Shown here: positions 54,806-64,000 of the stretch, piece by piece
How positions within the stretch are numbered: position 1 is the first letter of the stretch
Layout of the letters: each line of letters opens with the position of its first letter
Assembly: GCA_951406725.2 (NCBI GenBank)
Contig: OX597832.1
Span: forward strand, 18,042,001 to 18,106,000
Reading direction: 5' to 3'
DNA from: Octopus vulgaris
Lineage: Eukaryota
DNA length: 64,000 nucleotides
Notes under the pieces: generated by a model
What the model saw: the letters and a program-made list of their open reading frames with translations, nothing else
What the model was told of the DNA's origin: nothing
Databases searched by the model: none
Translations under genes and position numbers: made by a program

Positions 54806-56120
54806 CATATATATATATATATATATATATATTCACACGCTCACATACAGGCACACATGTATACATACATACATACAAACTCATTTATATATACAGACGT
54901 ATATGCTTACACGCGCATAGACATAAATAGATAGATAGGAAGAGAGCGAGATGGAGAGAGACTGATAGATAGATAGAGAGAGAGAGAGAGTGAGAGAGAG
55001 AGAGAGACAGTTGGGTAGATAGATGACCGAGCATTAACTTCTCTTTGTCAACAACGGGAGATAGTTAATCTAATATTATTAAAAATTGAAGTAATAATGA
55101 GATGTGTTCGGTACATGATTAGAGAAATTAAAAACGAACTCTCTTTTGATCAATAAAGAAATAATGAACGAGTGCGAGTGGAAGGAGTTGTCGCCCTTCA
55201 CGCATCCTGAACGTGTCCTTTTCTAGAGGTTCCCACATGGTCAATCTAGAAGAGTTTATCCGAACAGACGACAGTGCCTCTGTAGAATAGCAAAGAGAAA
55301 TATTTATGAGATTATTCATAGTAGACGTTCTGAGAATTTTCGAGAACAATCTGCTTACACTGTTCTCGTCGTTACTCAGAACACCTCTGAAATGAACGGC
55401 AGCCAAGGTTTACACAAAACTTTTGCACTATGTTAGCGTTAAAGCTCTACTCAGTGTATTTGAACGTTGAGGTACAGTAATCGTGGGCCAAAAAACGTTT
55501 TATCAACACGTTCAAGACTAAAGACAGGAACATAGTAACGATTAATATTAACATCAACAGAAAGTCTAGTAATTTGAAGAAACTGAGGCAACCGATGGAA
55601 TCAATATGCATACACGATTTATGCTCGTCCGTTCAAAAACTATTGGAACTCATACCACGTATTTAACAATAAATTGTAAAACGAATATCGGTAATAGAAA
55701 TAATAAACATAGCAATTATAAAGGCATATTCATATAGGTCGCTTATACACATAAATAAGCGTACATACACATAATTAAACGTTGAACCACATCGCATATA
55801 ACAACGAAGTCAGAGTTAGACTTTGAGTTACTACGATAGACAGACATCTTCACTGGAACACTCACATTTGTACACACTACTATGGACGTAACCGTATATA
55901 TATATATATATATATATGTGTAAATATGACTAAGTTACGCACATACATACAGATGCATGTAGAAAAAAACCCAAACATACGCTCAATATAGAAACGATAT
56001 AGAGATACACAGACACACAAATTATATGTGCACATATCTCTGTAATGATAGATGTGTGTGAGTGTGCTTGTACTGTGTCTATATATGTATACATACACAC
56101 ACAAATACGTTTATCAGAGC

Positions 56121-56164
<44 letters not shown>

Positions 56165-56235
56165 ATTCATATGTATATATGCATGTATGTATGCCCATAT
56201 GCATACACATATATATACATATAAATATATATATG

Positions 56236-56266
<31 letters not shown>

Positions 56267-56278
56267 CGTAATATAGTA

Positions 56279-56343
<65 letters not shown>

Positions 56344-57526
56344 AATATAGAGCGTAATATAGTATGATATATATATATATATACATGCACTCGCTCACTC
56401 ACTCACAGGATTTTTGTAAACATGAAATGCCTGCGAGTGGATTTCGGCGGAGGAAAACGATCCTTATTCTTCTTTGTGCGAAAGCAGATAGGAATTCCGC
56501 CTCATATGTTTCAAGAGCTTTTGAAACAAAGCAGATAATGGAAAGGGCGACGATTCGAAAACAAGCCAACACATTAGCTGCGAGGCAAACATCTTAGACT
56601 ATACATAGAAATTTACTGTGAGCTATTTTCTAGTTTTAATTAAGGATTGCCCGCTTAATTGATTGGATCATGAGAAGTGAATGATAAGAGGAGCGTTAAT
56701 AAGCTGCGAGGCAAGTGTTATTCTGTATTTATTAAGGACATGTAAAATAGCCAGTCATAGCAAAGAAGAGAGGAAGGACGTAGAAGGAGATGAAAACGTA
56801 AAAGTAGATGAAGGAGAAGAGGAAAGAGGAGGAGAAGAAGAAGAGGAGAAAGAAGAAGAAAAAGAAGTGTGTTTGTGAAGAGTGGGGGGCACAACAAGAT
56901 GTAGTAGAAATGTAATAGAAGGACCAATAAGAAGATGGTGCTCGTGAAAAATATGAAGAATTTAAGAAAAGTCATTTAACCTCCGCCTGTCAGCAAAAAT
57001 TACAAATAAAAAAATGAATAAATAATGATAAGGTGTGAATTTGCTTATGTATTATTTTATGTAGTAATTTATTTATTTAATGCATTGTTGATATATTTCT
57101 TTTCTTATATAATTTTATTTTATTTTATTTTATTTTATTTTTTATGCTTCAGATTTTATTGCTGGGCCAAATCTCGAGCAAGCAGGCATGCATGCAGAGA
57201 ACCGTGGCTAATTATTCACTATAAATAAAAAAAGAAATATAAAAAGCCTATCAACCCAAAACAAAAATAGTCATAAAATGGATAGATAACAAAATGAAGA
57301 ATTTAAGAATTATAAAACCATACGGAATTACAGATGAAATAAAACGAAAAACGTTACAGCAGAAAATGAGGAAATTCGTCAATAAATTGTTTCTATGAGT
57401 TCTAATAAATTATTTCCTTACAAATGGTAATTTTCTACTAAGTTGTCAACAGATTTATTACGGAATTCGATGTTGGGCACTGCAGAATTTCGTTTGTCTC
57501 TATACATATATATGTAAGCATACATT

Positions 57527-57712
57527 CGTAAACCCTCGCCACATTGCAGTTCACCTGTCGTGGTTTATTATTTAAGCTTACGTCAATTCCTCTATGGAGT
57601 TGTTTTGCATTTATAATAAAATATATATATACACTAATGTTTCTACTTCGCGGATGTTCACCTATTGCGGAAGGTTTAGAGTGTAACACACGTGATAGTC
57701 TAGGAATTACTG
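57527..57712. mobile_element. Possible Tigger/pogo-type MITE
   Basis: The right end reverse-complements to cagtaattcctagactatcacg and is followed by TA; the left end cgtaaaccctcgccacattgc is a degenerate match. Confidence 0.4.
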
Positions 57713-58326
57713 TAATATATATATACATCTTTATTCGAGAAAATCGACTCCATGACTTATTCTTTGTAAGCCTAGTACTTATTTGATCGTTCTCTTTTGT
57801 CGAGACGTCCAGCGATGGTGGGGGCAACGACTAACACACAAATACATAGGTATGCATGTATGTATATATATATATATACATATATAGCGAGAGAGAGAGA
57901 GAGAGAGAAGGCATACAGTGATATCAAATATAAGAAATAGTTTTTTTATTCAAAAAAATTATCTCTTTGGAGAACTGGTCATGATTTACTAAATGGCGGT
58001 TGAAATATTTCTTGACGTATTACTTCTCTAATAGTACACATGTATGTGTGTGTGTTAATTTATAAGGAAAAAAGGAACTAAGGGAAATAATTCAGAGCAT
58101 TTAGTTGGATGTATTTGAGGAAAAGTTACAAAAAATTTCATTCAAGCGGGAAATCCCTGACAATATCGATTACATACAAATGTGATTAGGAAGGGAACAT
58201 AATCTCTAGAATTGGTAGAATTGTTTTGATCTGACATTTCCTTAAAAGAAAACGTCTGTAAATTTCTAGATTGATGATCATCAACACAGCAGGTGCTTTC
58301 TTGTCTCTCTCACCTCTTTCATACCT

Positions 58327-58405
<79 letters not shown>

Positions 58406-58454
58406 TTATTTATCTGTCTCTCTATATCTCTATCTATGTAACGCTCTTTCACTT

Positions 58455-58498
<44 letters not shown>

Positions 58499-59721
58499 AA
58501 TAAAATATATGCATATATATAAACATATATGTACGTACCTACCTCTACATGTACATATACACGCATATATGTGTACAGGACACCAAAAGGACGTCGAACA
58601 CATAGAGAGACGAAAAACATAGACACAAACCAAGGAACAAGACAAGCAAAAAAAGGAGATACAGGACAATAAGCACAACGAAAAATCCCCTTCTTCAGTC
58701 GCTAAAGTTTCATCTACTAAACGTTTCAAAGGATAAAAGCGAGACGTATACTTCGAATGAAAAATTCCTTCCTGCGAAAAGCAAATCAATTAAAATTCTG
58801 AGATCTTGTCGCAGAGGGGTAAAAAAAGCAAGACGGTAACGACAGTACAAACATATAAACAGTAAACAATATATATATAAACAGTGGAAAAATAAATATA
58901 TAACAGTGAGAGACAGGACAAGGAGAACAAGATAAGAAGGGCTGTTAACGCCAGACGAAAAAAGTATTGCAAACGCTGGATTATAGTGGACGACGAGAGA
59001 GGAAGATGTCGACCAGTGGCCTTAGAAGGCAGGTGAGAAAAGACGGGATAGCAGTTACGACGGAAGTACGTCGCAGATGGACGACGGGAATGGGGGAGGA
59101 GGAGCAAGAGGAAGAGAGAGAAGAAGGGGAATGGTGCGAGGAGACCATGAAGAACAGTGAGGGGGAGAGAGAGAGGAAGAGACAAGTTAAGTGAGGGAAA
59201 AAAGACGAAAAAGGGAATGGGAGAGAAAGAAAGAAAGATATATTATATATATAAATAAGAGAAGAGGATCGAGATCCTTTAAATGGCTGTCAAACAACCA
59301 AGTCCGCCGGTACAGTCTGGGCTACGAATGGTCTTTGTATATTTGTGTTGCCGTAATCATTCATACTAATACGAGGAATCTAATTTCTAAGAGTTTTCGT
59401 TTTTGTCTTTGGAATTAATTGGACTCCGAAACAATTCGTAGGATATATATATATTGATTCTATACCATATTCTGTAATTTTGTATAACTCATTCACGTTT
59501 CTGTGCTACTACGTAAAAATATTCAAACCTAATCATATTTATTACGACAGGCTTCAGCGTTTTTCTGGTTCTTGGCTGCTTGTAAATAAAGATGATGTTT
59601 ACAATTTCGAATGAAAATTAAATTTGTGAGTTAAATAGAAATTTCTTAAAAACATTGCCTGTGCTTACATTTCAAAGACCAAAATAAGTCACTAATACAC
59701 ACAGAAACACACACGCACACG

Positions 59722-59760
<39 letters not shown>

Positions 59761-60844
59761 ACATGCACATACATACATGCACACACACAGATATATACGT
59801 GTGTCTGTGTTATGTATGTATGTATTTGTAAACTCTTCAACGAAATTCTATTTTGCTATGTGTATGTATGTGTGTTGTGTGTGTATGTATAAATGCGTGT
59901 ATATATGTATGCATATCAGGTGTATATTCCTTATGGCAGAAATATTCCTGCTTTTATTCAGGGGTTCTGCCCAAATGTGCCTGCTCAGCAGTGGGGCTTC
60001 CTATTTCAAAAAGAAACATGCAGTTTCAATCTTTCTAAAACATTAGACGACTGTCTTAAATTATCGCCGCGAAACATTTTTACACTTTCTTAACAAAAAA
60101 GGTGTTTCTCAGTTCGAGTAGGAAAGTTCGTTATTTTTGCGAGAACGCAACATTCTACTTCGCTTACAATGGAAATCAGATATTTTTTCTAACATTCGGA
60201 ATCAGATATTTTTTCCTAATATTTCTTCCTATTTTGAAGCTTATGCACAAACAAAGAATATCGGTCTTAATGTTAAAACATCTACATTCTTACATTCTTA
60301 CGTTCTGTCGCTAAACAAACGACTAGAGCAAAGTGACCTGGAAGTTAGGAATTCATGTTTGCGAATGCATGTATGTTATCAAATAAGTTGGTCACCGTCT
60401 TAACTGATTGTTTTTTTTTTAACATATTTCGAAAATAAATAATTCTGTAAAAATCAGGCACGTTTGTATGTGCTCCTTTCAGATTTTAAGTGCGAAGGAC
60501 CATGCGATATTTAAGAATCGCTGTGTTTGGCGGGTTAGGTCACAGAAACGGCATATCTTTTTCATCGTATATCCGAAGCTTTGATGGTGATTCCATACTT
60601 GTTTATAACTCTTTATTCCATTTCAACTGCTTTTCAACAGAGATCAGCGTCCACATAGTAACAAGGCATGATATAATATAAGTAATCCTATTTAAATGAG
60701 GTAGAAATATGGCAAACTTAACCACGTCATCGCAGATTACACACACACATACACACACATACACACACACGCACGTAAACACACACGCATGTAAACACAC
60801 ATATATATATATATGTATATACTTATATATATATATTTCATTAC

Positions 60845-61247
60845 TATTCACAAGGAGTTAAACATAGACGGGACAAACAAGGACAGACAAAGGGATTAAG
60901 TCGATTACATCGACGCCAGTGCGAAACTGGTACTTTATTTATCGACCCCGAAAGAATGAAAGCTAAAGTCGACCTCGGCGGCATTTGAACTCAGAACGTA
61001 ACGACAGACGAAATACCTATTTCTTTACTACCCACAAAGGGCTAAAAATAGTGGGGAGAAACAAGGACAGACAAAAGGATTAAGTCGATTACATCGGCCC
61101 CAGTGTGTAACTGGTACTTATTTAATCGACCCCGAAAGGATGAAAGGCAAAGTCGACCTCGGCGGAATTTGAACTCAGAACGTAACGGCAAACGAAATTA
61201 CGCTGAACATTTCACCCTGCGCGCTAACGTTTCAGCCATGTCACCGC
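60845..61247 (-). mobile_element. SINE family B, two tandem units
   Basis: acaaggacagacaaa...atcgaccccgaaa...aaagtcgacctcggcgg...gaactcagaacgtaacg repeated with a ~184 bp period. Confidence 0.88.
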
Positions 61248-61269
61248 ACTATATATACTTATATATTAA

Positions 61270-61586
61270 AGACTCCGCCGCTTACGACGACGAGGGTCCC
61301 AGCTGATACGATCAACGGAACAGCTTGCTCGTGAAATTAACGTGCAAATGGCTGAGCATTCCACAGACACGTGTACCCTTAACGTAGTTCTCGGGGATGA
61401 TCAGCGTGACACAGAGAGTGACAAGGCTGAACCTTTGAAATACAAGTACAACTCATTTTTGCCAGCTGAGGGTACTGGAGCAACGTGAAATAAAGTATCT
61501 TGCTCAAGGACACAACGCGTCGCCGGGAATCGAACTCACAACCTTACGATCATGAGCCGAATGCCCTAACCACTAAGCCACGCGCT
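61270..61586 (-). mobile_element. SINE family C, well-preserved tRNA-derived copy
   Basis: Minus-strand head gcgtggcttagtggttagggcattcggc...gagttcgattccc (A and B boxes), then ttgtgtccttgagcaagatactt. Confidence 0.88.
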
Positions 61587-61914
61587 CTCACATACTTATA
61601 TATAGCGAAGAAAGTATGGGGGTGATTACACGTGCCTGAATATGTACGGAAAGAAACAAGAAGGAAAAACACAGATTTGTTTTAGAACACTAAAGAATAT
61701 ATTAGAAATATAATAGTAAATGTATCATACAATATTGTATAAAATATGATTTTTTTCTTCCAACTTTTTAACCGGTTTGCTATCGCTTTTCAATTTTTCA
61801 GCTTTGGATGAAATTCTGAATTAGACACTTTGCTAGGGCAGATAAAGTGTAAACAAGGTATTTTTCAGTAAAGGGGGTGGGTAAATCTGTAATCTTTTCA
61901 ATATTGGTCTGCAT

Positions 61915-62018
61915 TTAAGGCTATAGCAGAAGACACTTGCGGTGAAATTGAACGCAGTGAGACTGAACCCTGAACTGTGTGGCTAGGACGCAGGTTTCGT
62001 ATTACACAGCCACGCCTG
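61915..62018 (-). mobile_element. SINE family A head fragment
   Basis: ggctatagcagaagacacttgc...gactgaaccc...acacagccacgcct. Confidence 0.7.
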
Positions 62019-62021
62019 TAA

Positions 62022-62167
<146 letters not shown>

Positions 62168-62242
62168 ATGTATATATGTATATAAATATATATGCATATA
62201 CATACAAATATATATATATATATACACATGCATATATATATA

Positions 62243-62284
<42 letters not shown>

Positions 62285-63084
62285 TATACATCTATATATA
62301 TATGTTAACATATATATGTATATATATTATGTATATATACAGGCACATTTGTCTATATATGTATCTATAAAGAGATAGACATACACATATATATGCATAC
62401 ATACCTATATACGCACATACGTACGTACATACATATATACACACAGACAGAACAGATAGACATACGTACATGTAGATAGGTATATATATCCAATGCAGTG
62501 AGATATTAAGTGAGAGGCAGCCAGATAGGTTTGATTGACAAGCAAATAACTAGATTAAAATATACTCAAATAAAGCAAAATAAGGTGACCATAGAATTAA
62601 AAAATAAAGGGAAAAAACAACTGCATCACTTCTTCTCACCCAACTAATACACATGTACTAAACTACACATATACACACCTCTGTATAGTACAATGTTATA
62701 TACAACGGCACATCGTACTACCGTTCTCTATCTCTTAACAAGAATAAAGTCACCACCACCAACAGCAGCATAGGCACAAAAAAGAAAAAAATGGTAGAAA
62801 AAATATGGAAAAAAATACAGAACTATAAAATTGTCTGCCGATCTGAATCTATTGTTCCGAGGATGTGGCGTGCGTGGGTGTTGAAATGGGTGTAAGAAAG
62901 TGCGTACGTCATGTGACACAGTCACATGAACTGTTGGGTGTTTAGTTCAAGTCGAGACTCACTCTGCACTTGGTTGATGTAGTGGCTTGTCATACGCAGC
63001 TGATGCCCTTTTGCTCTTCACTGCGGTGTGACGGTGTCTGAGAAAGAGCGAGATATCGGAAGCGACGCCGTGTGTGTGATAAAC

Positions 63085-63098
63085 AGATAGATAGATTA

Positions 63099-63147
<49 letters not shown>

Positions 63148-63148
63148 C

Positions 63149-63233
<85 letters not shown>

Positions 63234-63345
63234 TGTTTCTTTATTAGCGACACACGGCTGAACACAGAGAGAACAAATTACAAAGTAGAGCTTTGCTTTT
63301 TGGGGAGAAAAAAAAGATAATTTGATAGATAGATAGTTAGATAAT
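63085..63345. repeat. (GATA)n microsatellite containing a short retroelement-like 3' tail (63233-63310)
   Basis: Direct inspection; the insert resembles the SINE B tail. Confidence 0.85.
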
Positions 63346-63934
63346 TCCATAGATAGCTAACGAGAGAGAGAGAGAGAGAGAGCGAGAGATAGATAGAGGG
63401 AGGAGGGAGGGAAGGAGATGAAGAAACAGTAAAAAGAAGATGGGCAGGAATTATTGGATAATGAGAAACGGGAACTGCATTCTAGAAAGACATTAAAATA
63501 GAAAGACGATGATCGAAGAAATAAAGCCAAGTGAACGCAGTGTGATAGATGAAAGGAGAAAGATAAAGACTGTGTGCAATGTTAGAGAGAAGAGCAAATA
63601 ACAAGGGAGAATATAAGAAATTCAGGCAGATAGGGGAGGGCAGAATGAAAAACATGGTGTTCGTTTTCTCCGAGTTTCAATTCTGAGGTGATATAGGCTG
63701 TACAAAGGTAATGATGCAGTTGTAGTGAATGAGTTGATGGTAGAAATGCATGCGTGTGTATGTGTGCCTAGTAAATGTGTATGTGTGTGTATGTGTTTGT
63801 GTATTCCTGGTGGAGTTTTACACTCTTGTTTACTCTTCGGTCAGGCCTAGTTCACACAGAGATGGGCTAAAAGGCATTCCTTACCATATCCAACCTGTTT
63901 TTTGGTTTGTAGGAGTTCCTTGTTTCTTTCTTCT

Positions 63935-64000
63935 CGAGGCACACCTGGCTCATAAGGGCCGATTTCCCGGTTTCCTTTGTGTATAGGTTCCCCACGTGGA
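63935..64000 (-). mobile_element. SINE family D 3' part (runs off the window)
   Basis: cctggctcataagggccg...gtataggttccccac as at 30324-30376. Confidence 0.75.

Noticed and set aside
55130-55435. Possible Tc1 3' end (caaaacttttgcactatg resembles a TIR)
   Set aside because: No transposase motif or matching left TIR could be read with confidence.
61505-61586. tRNA-like sequence with A and B boxes (also at ~30530-30600)
   Set aside because: It continues into a SINE body found in multiple diverged copies, so it is a SINE head rather than a tRNA gene.

Overview
AT-rich, microsatellite-saturated eukaryotic non-coding DNA (intron or gene desert). The SINE families match my recollection of coleoid cephalopod (Octopus-like) repeats; this is an inference, not a database result. 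No host protein-coding gene is supported: almost all listed ORFs are translations of simple repeats. Recognisable elements are decayed R4/Dong-clade non-LTR retrotransposon pieces (RT at ~0.6-1.5 kb, RLE C-terminus at ~5.9-6.1 kb), a non-coding ~550 bp element inserted twice into (TAA)n, a rearranged mariner, a DD37D/maT remnant, a Tc1 fragment, a clean non-autonomous Helitron and many copies of four tRNA-derived SINE families. The main unannotated signal is a set of minimal type-I hammerhead ribozyme motifs with palindromic helix III (Penelope-like pLTR or retrozyme type) from several sequence-unrelated families. One is nearly complete (50417-50485). Others lie at 37603-37680 (-), 50689-50757, 1744-1797 and possibly 59366-59444, and a 192 bp loopless palindrome carries a mirrored hammerhead half. 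Most sit in or next to (TA)n tracts.
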